A DNA stretch of 64,000 nt from a virus. Lineage: Duplodnaviria; Caudoviricetes. The first letter of the stretch is position 1, and every line of letters starts with the position of its first letter. The stretch covers positions 192,001-256,000 of the IMG/VR virus record IMGVR_UViG_3300023283_000076. The stretch is one strand, 5' to 3'. Below the pieces are notes generated by a model. It ran no database searches, was not told where the DNA came from, and was given only the letters and a program-made list of their open reading frames with translations. Below, in pieces: positions 40,646 to 48,920 of this stretch. The position numbers and the translations under genes were made by a program.

Positions 40646-41362
40646 ATGCAAAAAGATAAACTAACTACAGTAATTGATAGATTGGCTGAAGGGAAAGCCG
40701 TAGATGATCTTCTATCTTCTATTATCACTGAGAAAACTAGAAAAGTTCTTGGAATCACTGAAAAAGATGAGTCAATAAGTATTAAAAATAATGACGTTTT
40801 TGTTGGTGACCAAAAGGTTGGTAGTTTTACGGTAGAAGGCGACGATATTGAATTTGTAGATGGTGAGGGTAACTCCAAAACCTTTAACAGTGACGATGAA
40901 ATGATGGAATATGTCGCTAAGTTAAATGAGGGAGAAACTTCTAAAATTGCAGTTCAGCGAAGAGAAGATCGCCTTAAAAAAGTGCATAACCGCCCTCATG
41001 ATGTAGATTCTCCAATGGGAGAATATAAAAGAACTAAACTTTCATCAGAACATAAAGATTCTAGAATGGAAAATCCAAAGAATCATGAACACGGTAAAGA
41101 TGATCCATCTGGAAAAACTTTAAATAATGCTTCAGAGGGTGGCTCACAAAAATCTACCGATGGGCCAGTAGGGGATTATGATAAAACTGAATTATCTTCA
41201 AAACATAAAGACGGTCGAATGGAGAACCCTACGAAAAACGATCATGGATTGGATGATCCATCAGCATCAGATGATATAACTGGCGGCGGAAAAGAGGGTT
41301 CATCTCCGGACAAAGAATATGATGTAAGAAAAAAACATAAAAAAGACGACCATCAGGTATAA
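40646..41362 (+). CDS. Prohead core-like protein with an internal 51-aa duplication
   Basis: ATG 40646 with SD AAGGTG is preferred over the track's GTG 40634. Immediately upstream of gp21. Confidence 0.55.
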   Translation: MQKDKLTTVIDRLAEGKAVDDLLSSIITEKTRKVLGITEKDESISIKNNDVFVGDQKVGSFTVEGDDIEFVDGEGNSKTFNSDDEMMEYVAKLNEGETSKIAVQRREDRLKKVHNRPHDVDSPMGEYKRTKLSSEHKDSRMENPKNHEHGKDDPSGKTLNNASEGGSQKSTDGPVGDYDKTELSSKHKDGRMENPTKNDHGLDDPSASDDITGGGKEGSSPDKEYDVRKKHKKDDHQV

Positions 41363-41371
41363 AGGATAAAC

Positions 41372-42001
41372 ATGGAAACTCTTATTGAACACATTTCACC
41401 GTCAGATGCACATATAGTATGCGAGAATGCACCGGATTCAAAAAGCATGTGGCTGAATGGAATTTTCATGCAAGCTGATGTCCAGAATAGAAATAAAAGA
41501 GTATATCCGATTTCTGAAATGACTAATGCAGTATCTAAGGCAAGTGAAACCATTAAAGAAAATGGCGGAATTTTTGGAGAACTCGACCATCCAGCAGAGT
41601 TAACTATAAACATGGATCGAATATCACATGCCATTAAAGAAATGTATGTTGATGGAAACAATGTGTATGGTAAAGCACAATTACTAAAAACCCCTATGGG
41701 GCTAATTGCAGAAGAACTTGCACGTTCTGGAGTTCGCTATGGGATATCAAGTCGTGGTGCGGGTCAAGTGAATGAAAGTGATGGTCAGGTAAGCGGGTAT
41801 GTATTTGTTACCGCAGACCTTGTAGCAACCCCCTCTGCCCCGGGCGCGTTTCCAAAGCCGGTTTATGAGGGACTACAAAACAGCAAAGAGGGAAATAGAG
41901 TCCTGTCTCTATCAGAAAGCATGCAGCATGACAACGATGCACAGAAATATTTCCAAAGATCCATTTTACAATTTGTCGAAAACGTTTTTAATAAAATGTA
42001 A
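41372..42001 (+). CDS. gp21: Prohead protease, gp21-like
   Basis: GIFMQADVQNRNKRVYP, GELDHP, DRISH, GISSRGAG, DLVATPSAPGA. Confidence 0.95.
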   Translation: METLIEHISPSDAHIVCENAPDSKSMWLNGIFMQADVQNRNKRVYPISEMTNAVSKASETIKENGGIFGELDHPAELTINMDRISHAIKEMYVDGNNVYGKAQLLKTPMGLIAEELARSGVRYGISSRGAGQVNESDGQVSGYVFVTADLVATPSAPGAFPKPVYEGLQNSKEGNRVLSLSESMQHDNDAQKYFQRSILQFVENVFNKM

Positions 42002-42004
42002 ATG

Positions 42005-42033
42005 TTGAAAAAACACATTTTTCATGATATGAT
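42005..42033 (+). promoter_or_regulatory. Sigma70-type promoter TTGAAA-17-TATGAT for endonuclease 1
   Basis: TTGAAA 42005-42010 and TATGAT 42028-42033. Confidence 0.7.
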
Positions 42034-42051
42034 AGCATGAAAAATGTGTTT
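42011..42051 (+). promoter_or_regulatory. Perfect 16-bp inverted repeat covering the start codon, with the -10 box in its loop
   Basis: AAACACATTTTTCATG (42011-42026) / CATGAAAAATGTGTTT (42036-42051). ATG at 42044. Confidence 0.85.
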
Positions 42052-43546
42052 AATCTTTAAAATGCCCGTAGAAGATTTATATTTTTTAACCAAAGAATAC
42101 CCGCCAAGACGTAGTACGTCTAACGTTCGTATAAAATATCCTAAAGAATATGAAAAATTATTAGAATTAACCAGCTTCTTGCCCGATACTGCAACAACAT
42201 CCCAACGCCTATGGCATGTTCGCCATGATAAATTCGAACTCCCTACGTGCGAATACGAAAATTGTACTAAACCTACAAAATGGACACCTCCGTATTCAGA
42301 TTATGCACGTTTTTGCTCTACAAGATGTTTCAATAAAAATAAAACAAAGAATGCAGAAATTGACAAACATCGTAAAAATATAGAAAAGTATGGCGAAAGC
42401 TATGAAGATTTGACAACATCAGATAAAATGAAATTGACCAATGTTAAACGATATGGTGTGGATAATCCATTTAAGAATGTCAATAGGATACGAAAAATCA
42501 ATAATGGAAAATATGGGTGCGATTTTCATTTTCAGCAACATTTATCTGAAGATTCTTTGAATAAATTGAATGACAAAGAATGGTTAGTTGAAATGAATCA
42601 TAACCAGAAACGTAGTTGTGTAGAAATTTCAGAAATTTTAGGGGTTAATAATTCTACAGTAAATAAAGCAATGTATAGACTAGGAATTATGCCCAATTAT
42701 GTTTATTCATCAAGTCACTTCGAGAAACAGTTGGTATTATATTTAAGAAGTCAACATATTACAATAGCTGAAAATGATAGGTCTATTATAGCACCATTAG
42801 AACTAGATATTATGCTACCAGATCACAATCTTGCGATAGAATATTGTGGATTGTACTGGCATAACGAACTACACAAAAATAAAAATTATCATGAAAATAA
42901 GTACAAAAAATGTAAAGAGGTAGGAGTTGATTTATTAACCATATATGAAGATGAATGGCATGATAAATCTGAATTAATAAAAAAAATGATAATGCATCGA
43001 ATAGGAATGAATACAGCTACTAAAATATACGCTAGAAGTTGTAAAATAACTGAGGTGTGTTCAATAGATAAAAAGGAGTTCTTTGATAATACACATGTTC
43101 AGGGAAATGGCCCAAGTTCTATTAATGTGGGATTATATCATAATGATAGTTTAGTGGCTTGTATGGGATTGATAAGAACGAAAAATAAAGGGATGGTATT
43201 GAATAGATTTTCTACAAAAAATATTGTTCCCGGAGCATTTTCGAAATTGTTAAAATATGTATTAAATACATATAAACCAAGTGAAGTAATAACTTTTGCA
43301 GATCTTAGATGGGGTGATGGAAAATTATATCAATCTAATGGTTTTATATTAGACAAAAAATTAAAGCCTGATTATTATTATGTTTACCAAAATAAAAGAT
43401 TTCACAAATTTAATTTTAGACATAACAAACTCAAAAAACTATTATCTCATTATGATCCTAATAAATCTGAACACGAAAATTGTTTAAACAATAACATCTT
43501 CAGAATATACGATTGTGGAAAATATAGGTTCGTTTTTAGAAAATAA
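42044..43546 (+). CDS. Hef-like free-standing homing endonuclease: Zn-finger + HTH + Vsr/DUF559-type nuclease + C-terminal GNAT-like domain
   Basis: C..ENC...YARFCSTRC, KRYGVDN, an HTH, E..L...ELDI.LP...LAIEY.GLYWH...IYEDEW, then LNRFST...GAFSKLL...FADLRWGDG.LY...GF. Confidence 0.75.
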   Translation: MCLIFKMPVEDLYFLTKEYPPRRSTSNVRIKYPKEYEKLLELTSFLPDTATTSQRLWHVRHDKFELPTCEYENCTKPTKWTPPYSDYARFCSTRCFNKNKTKNAEIDKHRKNIEKYGESYEDLTTSDKMKLTNVKRYGVDNPFKNVNRIRKINNGKYGCDFHFQQHLSEDSLNKLNDKEWLVEMNHNQKRSCVEISEILGVNNSTVNKAMYRLGIMPNYVYSSSHFEKQLVLYLRSQHITIAENDRSIIAPLELDIMLPDHNLAIEYCGLYWHNELHKNKNYHENKYKKCKEVGVDLLTIYEDEWHDKSELIKKMIMHRIGMNTATKIYARSCKITEVCSIDKKEFFDNTHVQGNGPSSINVGLYHNDSLVACMGLIRTKNKGMVLNRFSTKNIVPGAFSKLLKYVLNTYKPSEVITFADLRWGDGKLYQSNGFILDKKLKPDYYYVYQNKRFHKFNFRHNKLKKLLSHYDPNKSEHENCLNNNIFRIYDCGKYRFVFRK

Positions 43547-43547
43547 C

Positions 43548-43555
43548 TATAAATA
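43548..43555 (+). promoter_or_regulatory. Late promoter TATAAATA
   Basis: Exact consensus right after the endonuclease stop. Confidence 0.55.
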
Positions 43556-43590
43556 CAACATAAGAACAACTATAAACAGCAGTAATATTT

Positions 43591-43616
43591 AGCCCCGTTA
43601 ATCGGGGCTTTTTTTT
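43591..43616 (+). terminator. Rho-independent terminator
   Basis: AGCCCCG-TTAAT-CGGGGCT followed by a T-run. Confidence 0.9.
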
Positions 43617-43669
43617 CGCTTCCAAAAATAAGATCTAAATATAAATGCTTATATAAGAGGCATTATAAC

Positions 43670-44026
43670 ATGGAATATGAAGAAGAATTTTTTGGAAAAC
43701 TTGTATTGAAAGTAGTTAGAGATAATAATAACTCAAATAGAGAATATGTTGATTGGGTAATAGTTGATCCACAATTAACAGTAAATAAAGAACGTGAGAT
43801 AGAAGATGGTGACTTTCTGCAAGTGTTTGATAGTTCCGGTCGTTTAATGATAAACAAGAAAATTTATAGAGATTATGAAAGTTTATATGATGTTAGACAC
43901 GGGATGCAATTATATAATGGAATGCGCGTTAGTTGGCTACCAAAAGGAATAGACACAGGATTTTGGCGAAATAGATTTGCAGAGCAATGCAGAGCAAGAT
44001 TAGTCAAGTTAAAACGAGAGGAATAA
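43670..44026 (+). CDS. Hypothetical protein
   Basis: 118 aa, SD GAGG. Confidence 0.7.
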   Translation: MEYEEEFFGKLVLKVVRDNNNSNREYVDWVIVDPQLTVNKEREIEDGDFLQVFDSSGRLMINKKIYRDYESLYDVRHGMQLYNGMRVSWLPKGIDTGFWRNRFAEQCRARLVKLKREE

Positions 44027-44030
44027 TATA

Positions 44031-44216
44031 ATGCCATTATTTGAATTTAAATGTGATAAGTGTAATAAAAGCGTCGATAAGATAATGTCATTCGAAGAAT
44101 CAGAAATATATGACTCTGTTTGTAAATGTGGTAAAGGGAATTTACGAAAAATACCAATTAACAATTTTAATGTAAAATATAAAGGAAACTGGTTTTCAAA
44201 AAATAAACGATATTAA
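44031..44216 (+). CDS. FmdB-family zinc-ribbon protein
   Basis: MPLFEFKCDKC...CKCG....KI....V.YKG.W pattern. Confidence 0.75.
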   Translation: MPLFEFKCDKCNKSVDKIMSFEESEIYDSVCKCGKGNLRKIPINNFNVKYKGNWFSKNKRY

Positions 44217-44239
44217 CTATTTCTTTAATATCAGATATG

Positions 44240-44263
44240 AAAAGGCCCCTTTGGGGCCTTTTT
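44240..44263. terminator. Rho-independent terminator, bidirectional
   Basis: AAAAGGCCCC-TTT-GGGGCCTTTTT. Confidence 0.9.
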
Positions 44264-44418
44264 AATTTCTAATATCATAATAAAATTATAAGATTCTGAT
44301 AACGTAGTATTTTTTTAAACAATTGAAATGGCAAATCAATAAAAAATACTATATTTTTAAAAATTATAAAAAATAAAAAAATGAGTGAAATCAATAAGTT
44401 ATAAATTAATAAATAACA

Positions 44419-44458
44419 ATGTAAATTATTTCTGTCTTATGTAATAAATAATTTACAT
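44419..44458. promoter_or_regulatory. 13-bp inverted repeat overlapping late promoter AATAAATA (44443-44450) of the scaffold-capsid operon
   Basis: ATGTAAATTATTT (44419-44431) / AAATAATTTACAT (44446-44458). Confidence 0.7.
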
Positions 44459-44494
44459 AAATTTATACCTAATATTATTAAGGAGATAAGAGAC

Positions 44495-45442
44495 ATGGAT
44501 GAGTTACTACAAAAACTAGTCGAAAGTGAACTTCTAACGGAAGACACTAAACACCAGCTTGAAGAAGCTCTATCAAAAAAGATGGAAGAAAAGACGCAGC
44601 AAATAAGAGAAGAGGTTGAGACAGAAGTTAAAACTGAACTTGCTGAAAAATATGCTGCAGATAAGGAAGAGTTAGTAGAAGCAATGGATACTGCTCTCGA
44701 AAAAGCATTAAATGAAGAAATATCTGAACTTAGAGAAGATATTGAAAGTTTCCGAAACTTAGAAACTGAATATGCAGAAAAACTTGTAGAATCTCGTCAG
44801 CAAATGGCCGATAACGTGAAAAAAGATATGACTGAGCTTCTAGAGGGATTAGATGCATATGTCGATCAAAGATTACATGCAGAGCTTGATGAACTTAGAG
44901 AATCAATTGAAGATGTTCGTAAAGAAAACCATGGGCGTAAGATTTTGGAAACCATTGGTGAAGAATATAGAAAAATGTTTACTGAAGAAGAAGATCTTGA
45001 GCAACAGGCTCTAGAAAAAGAAGAAGCACTTAAACAAGTTAACGAACAACTTAAAGAAGCTAAAGATGAATTGAGAAGAGTTGAACGTGACCAGAAGATG
45101 GAAGAGGTACTTGAAAGTCTTTCTGGTCAGAAGAAAGAAGTAATGTCTGCGATTCTTCAAGGGGTTCCAACAGAACAACTTGATGAAGCGTATCGACGCT
45201 ATATTGGAAGAGTCCTAACGGAAACTTCTAATGACGATAGTTCGGAGAAGGATAATTCAGTACTTGCCGAAAAAGAAAACGAGGATGAGTCTAATGTTGA
45301 CGACTTAAGAGTAGCATCTGGTGATTCTAGCGTTATTACCGAAGATCTTGATAACGCTGATGACCTTCCAGAAAACTCTCAGGTCCGTAAACTTGATGAA
45401 AAAACTCGTAACCGTTTGAAAATGCTGAGTGGTATCAGTTAA
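44495..45442 (+). CDS. gp22: Prohead scaffolding/core protein, gp22-like
   Basis: Acidic coiled coil immediately upstream of the major capsid gene, SD AAGGAG. Confidence 0.85.
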   Translation: MDELLQKLVESELLTEDTKHQLEEALSKKMEEKTQQIREEVETEVKTELAEKYAADKEELVEAMDTALEKALNEEISELREDIESFRNLETEYAEKLVESRQQMADNVKKDMTELLEGLDAYVDQRLHAELDELRESIEDVRKENHGRKILETIGEEYRKMFTEEEDLEQQALEKEEALKQVNEQLKEAKDELRRVERDQKMEEVLESLSGQKKEVMSAILQGVPTEQLDEAYRRYIGRVLTETSNDDSSEKDNSVLAEKENEDESNVDDLRVASGDSSVITEDLDNADDLPENSQVRKLDEKTRNRLKMLSGIS

Positions 45443-45496
45443 CCAATAACATAGTGTAAAAAATAATAGTTAAAAAACAATAAAGGAGACTATAAA

Positions 45497-46948
45497 ATGG
45501 ATGATAAACAAACACTAGTAGAAAATTGGAATGAGACCAAGGATGTCCTTCTCGATGGCCTTAAACCCGGACAGAAAGAAATCGTTGGACCTCTTCTAGA
45601 AAATCAACGTAAGCATATGTTGAACGAATCTGCTGCACAGGGTGCCGTACAGGCCCATGACGTAGCAAACTTCCGTAAAACACTGCTTCCAATGATTCGC
45701 CGTATTATCCCCGGTACAATCGGGAGTGAAATTGTAGGTGTTCAACCTATGTCAGGACCAGTGTCATTGGTTTATACTTTGAGATACAAGTATGAAGAAG
45801 ACATGACGCACGATCCGGGCCGTTCACCATTTGGTGGATTTGATATTGAACCCGGTGATGAGGCTTTCGGTAACGAAAAGCTAATTCGTCAGTTCTATGC
45901 CGGTCAGGTTGCTGAATCAAATACACCATTCGAAGGGCTTGATCAAACTGCAGGAGCATCTGGTATTGCTGCAGCCGGAGGCGATGGAACATCTGATCCT
46001 GATGAAATCGATGCTGCTACAGCAGACGGTCAGGGTTGGCACTCTGAAGAAGACGTAACCACATATGAAACTGGAACTACACTATTCGGTGAGCCAGTTG
46101 GTGGATCGTTGAAGGGTGGTTCTGGTAGCTTGCTAGAAGGCTCAGGCGGACGTAAGATGACCCTAGAGATCATCAACCAAGCTGTTGAAGCTCGTACCCG
46201 CAAATTACAAGCAGGTTGGACAATGGAAGCAATGCAGGACATGGATAGCCAGCACGGTATTGATGTGGAATCAGAGCTTACCAAGGCACTATCTGCCGAA
46301 ATTGTGCAGGAAATTGATGCTGAAATCATAACTGATCTTCTTGCTCTAGCAGGAACAACTAGAACATATGATTTCAACGAAACCGGTGGTTCTAACGGTT
46401 ATGCACCAGCTTTCGTTGGTGACCGTTTTGCTAACCTAGGTGTTCGTATCAATGAAGTTGCGAATGAGATTGGCCGTAAGACACGTCGCGGAACAGGTAA
46501 CTACATCGTTGTATCACCAATGATTGTTTCTGTTCTACAGTCTGCAGCTAAAGCAGTATTCGCACCTGCCGTTGAGGGTAGCTTCAAAGGACCTAACAAT
46601 ACATATCTAGCCGGTACACTAAACGGTCAGATTAAGGTCTACAGCTACCTGTGGAACGCTGCACAGCCAACTGATGGTGAAGCGTTTAGTGCCGGACAAG
46701 GTCTTGGAAACGACCAAATCCTAGTTGGTTATAAAGGTGGTAATGGTGAAGTGGATGCCGGTTACTGGTATGCACCTTACATTCCATTGATGGGTTCCGG
46801 TGTGGTTGTTAACCCTGTTACCTTCCAGCCAGTAATGAGCTTAATGACTCGTTATGGTAAGGTTGCTCTAACAGATACTACAACATCTCTCGGGAATTCA
46901 GCCGACTATTACGGTAAAATTAATGTTACTAACCTAGCGTTTCTCTAA
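45497..46948 (+). CDS. gp23: Major capsid protein, gp23-like
   Basis: RRIIP..I..EIVGVQPMSGP...VYTLRY, RKLQAGWT.EAMQD...HGID.E.EL...LSAEI..EID.EII, YAPYIPL, FQP.....TRYG. Confidence 0.97.
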   Translation: MDDKQTLVENWNETKDVLLDGLKPGQKEIVGPLLENQRKHMLNESAAQGAVQAHDVANFRKTLLPMIRRIIPGTIGSEIVGVQPMSGPVSLVYTLRYKYEEDMTHDPGRSPFGGFDIEPGDEAFGNEKLIRQFYAGQVAESNTPFEGLDQTAGASGIAAAGGDGTSDPDEIDAATADGQGWHSEEDVTTYETGTTLFGEPVGGSLKGGSGSLLEGSGGRKMTLEIINQAVEARTRKLQAGWTMEAMQDMDSQHGIDVESELTKALSAEIVQEIDAEIITDLLALAGTTRTYDFNETGGSNGYAPAFVGDRFANLGVRINEVANEIGRKTRRGTGNYIVVSPMIVSVLQSAAKAVFAPAVEGSFKGPNNTYLAGTLNGQIKVYSYLWNAAQPTDGEAFSAGQGLGNDQILVGYKGGNGEVDAGYWYAPYIPLMGSGVVVNPVTFQPVMSLMTRYGKVALTDTTTSLGNSADYYGKINVTNLAFL

Positions 46949-46966
46949 ACCGTATAAAAGCTCCAC

Positions 46967-46992
46967 AAAGCCCCGCCACGCGGGGCTTTTTT
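46967..46992 (+). terminator. Rho-independent terminator after gp23
   Basis: AAAGCCCCGC-CAC-GCGGGGCTTT followed by a T-run. Confidence 0.92.
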
Positions 46993-47008
46993 ATTTCTAT
47001 AAAAGAAA

Positions 47009-47077
47009 CATCGCAAACTACTTCCGTTTTCAAGTTTAAGCTGTTATAATAAATATATCAAAAGGTAGTTTGTTATG
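47009..47077 (+). promoter_or_regulatory. SD/AUG-sequestering stem with an internal promoter (TGnTATAAT at 47042-47050 and AATAAATA at 47048-47055)
   Basis: GCAAACTACTT (47013-47023) pairs with AGGTAGTTTGT (47063-47073), and CAT (47009-47011) pairs with ATG (47075-47077). Confidence 0.65.
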
Positions 47078-48688
47078 AAAAAAGAATATTATGATTATAT
47101 TGTTAACGAAATAAAACTAAGACCCAAGAATATAGATTTGACCACAAACGACGTACAGGATATAGAATGTCTTCTATGCGGTAACATATTTAAGGCAGGC
47201 GTGAAAGGTAAGGTAAATAATTATAGAAAACATGGGATGAAAGGGTGTAAAGAATGTACTTCAATCCAAAGATATGAAAATATAAGAAATGATAGAATAA
47301 AAGAATTAGAGGAAAGATTTGAGCTATATAATATTGACCCGAAGACTGTAAATAATATGTCTATGGTTAAAGTTCGTAATAAAAAATGCGACCACATTTT
47401 TAAAGTAAAATACGGAAATCTATTAAATCGTGACGTAAATTGCCCCATATGCAACACAGAACGAAAAAGAGAGCAATTTAGACAATTTAATGACGAGCGC
47501 CATGAAGAGTCATACTTATTGAAAGAAGGTTTCGACGCATATAAACAGAAAGTGTACAAGCTTACTAGAGAAACATATAGAAAACACAAAGGCAAGATCA
47601 ATCCTGAGAACCATACAAGAGTATTAAGTGGTGAGAAAGGCTACCATTTAGATCATATCGTATCTGTAAGAAATTCCTTTGATTTAGGAGTCCCGCCAGA
47701 AGTATGTGCAGATTATAGAAATATGCGCATGGTGAAATGGAAGGATAATAATAAAAAGTGGAAGCGCTCTTCTCTTAGAATACCAGAACCCTATTATCCA
47801 TATGTTAATAATACATCAGATGAATTTATAAAAATAATGAAAAATTCTGTAAAAACAGATTTTAATGCATATGTAGATTTCTCTAAATTCATGCTGACCC
47901 TATATAATGAAAAGGAAAAATTTGGTATATATTACGCTCCACTTTCTACTAATACACAGCAGATATTAGGCTCTAAGAATTATTTTAAGCAGATGAAGGA
48001 ATACTTTGCTGAAAAAAGTATCACATTAATAATAATATTTGAAGATGAATGGATCAAGAATAGATTATTAGTTATCGACAAAATAAAACATTATATGAAC
48101 CAGAGTGAAAAGACTACCATATATGGTAGAAAATGTGAAATACAGGAAATAGGAGTAACTGATAAGAATAGTTTTTTGAATGCAAATCACATACAGGGTA
48201 CTTGTGTAAGTCAAATAAATTTGGGAGCCTTTCATGATGGAAAATTGGTAGCAGTTATGACATTTTCTAAGCCTAGAATATTGATGAATAAAAAAGAGCA
48301 AGCTGGAGGCGTGTATGAACTTGCGAGATTTGCGACAGATGTACAATATCGTATACCGGGAATTGCCTCTAAATTGTTGAAACATTTTCAAAGAAACTAT
48401 AATTATAGTGAGATATATTCATATGCAGATATACGCTGGTCTGATGGTAATCTTTATGAGGTATTGGGATTTGAGAAAACAATTGTTAACCCACCAAATT
48501 ATCATTATATCATAAATAATCAACGAAGGCACAGATGGGGTTATCGTAAAGATGCTTTAAAAGAAAAGTTTTTAGATAACTATGATAAAAATTTAACAGA
48601 ATATCAAAATATGTTAAACATGGGACATGATAGGGTTTGGGATGCGGGATCAATTAAATATATACTACAAAAGGAAAAGGGTATATGA
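47075..48688 (+). CDS. Second endonuclease-GNAT fusion: Zn-fingers + HNH-like motif + degenerate Vsr-like segment + GNAT-like domain
   Basis: CLLCG, C..C and CPIC; GYHLDHIVS...N.R.V.W.DN.KK; IIIFEDEW; YELARFAT...PGIASKLL...SYADIRWSDG.LY..LGF. Confidence 0.72.
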   Translation: MKKEYYDYIVNEIKLRPKNIDLTTNDVQDIECLLCGNIFKAGVKGKVNNYRKHGMKGCKECTSIQRYENIRNDRIKELEERFELYNIDPKTVNNMSMVKVRNKKCDHIFKVKYGNLLNRDVNCPICNTERKREQFRQFNDERHEESYLLKEGFDAYKQKVYKLTRETYRKHKGKINPENHTRVLSGEKGYHLDHIVSVRNSFDLGVPPEVCADYRNMRMVKWKDNNKKWKRSSLRIPEPYYPYVNNTSDEFIKIMKNSVKTDFNAYVDFSKFMLTLYNEKEKFGIYYAPLSTNTQQILGSKNYFKQMKEYFAEKSITLIIIFEDEWIKNRLLVIDKIKHYMNQSEKTTIYGRKCEIQEIGVTDKNSFLNANHIQGTCVSQINLGAFHDGKLVAVMTFSKPRILMNKKEQAGGVYELARFATDVQYRIPGIASKLLKHFQRNYNYSEIYSYADIRWSDGNLYEVLGFEKTIVNPPNYHYIINNQRRHRWGYRKDALKEKFLDNYDKNLTEYQNMLNMGHDRVWDAGSIKYILQKEKGI

Positions 48689-48918
48689 AATTATACTGTC
48701 CAACAATAAAAGATAAACTGCGAAAATATAAAAATATACATATGTGGTTTGCATGGAGACCTGTTAGGATTAATGACAGTAATAGATGTGCATGGTTGGA
48801 ATATGTTGTCCGAAGTTATCCGGAAGCGGGTATTAATAGGTATGGTAATGATGAACAATTATTTTTGGGAGATCCTAAATATGAAACCATAAATAATCTT
48901 GAAATGTTTAAGAAATAA
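48685..48918 (+). CDS. Hypothetical protein
   Basis: 77 aa with WFAWRPVR...WLEYVVR; ATGA-coupled. Confidence 0.65.
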   Translation: MKLYCPTIKDKLRKYKNIHMWFAWRPVRINDSNRCAWLEYVVRSYPEAGINRYGNDEQLFLGDPKYETINNLEMFKK

Positions 48919-48920
48919 TT

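Noticed and set aside
43591-46992. Identical AGCCCCG/CGGGGCT terminator arms flanking gp22-gp23 as mobile-element ends
   Set aside because: This is a common GC-rich terminator stem, with no transposase, integrase or target duplication.
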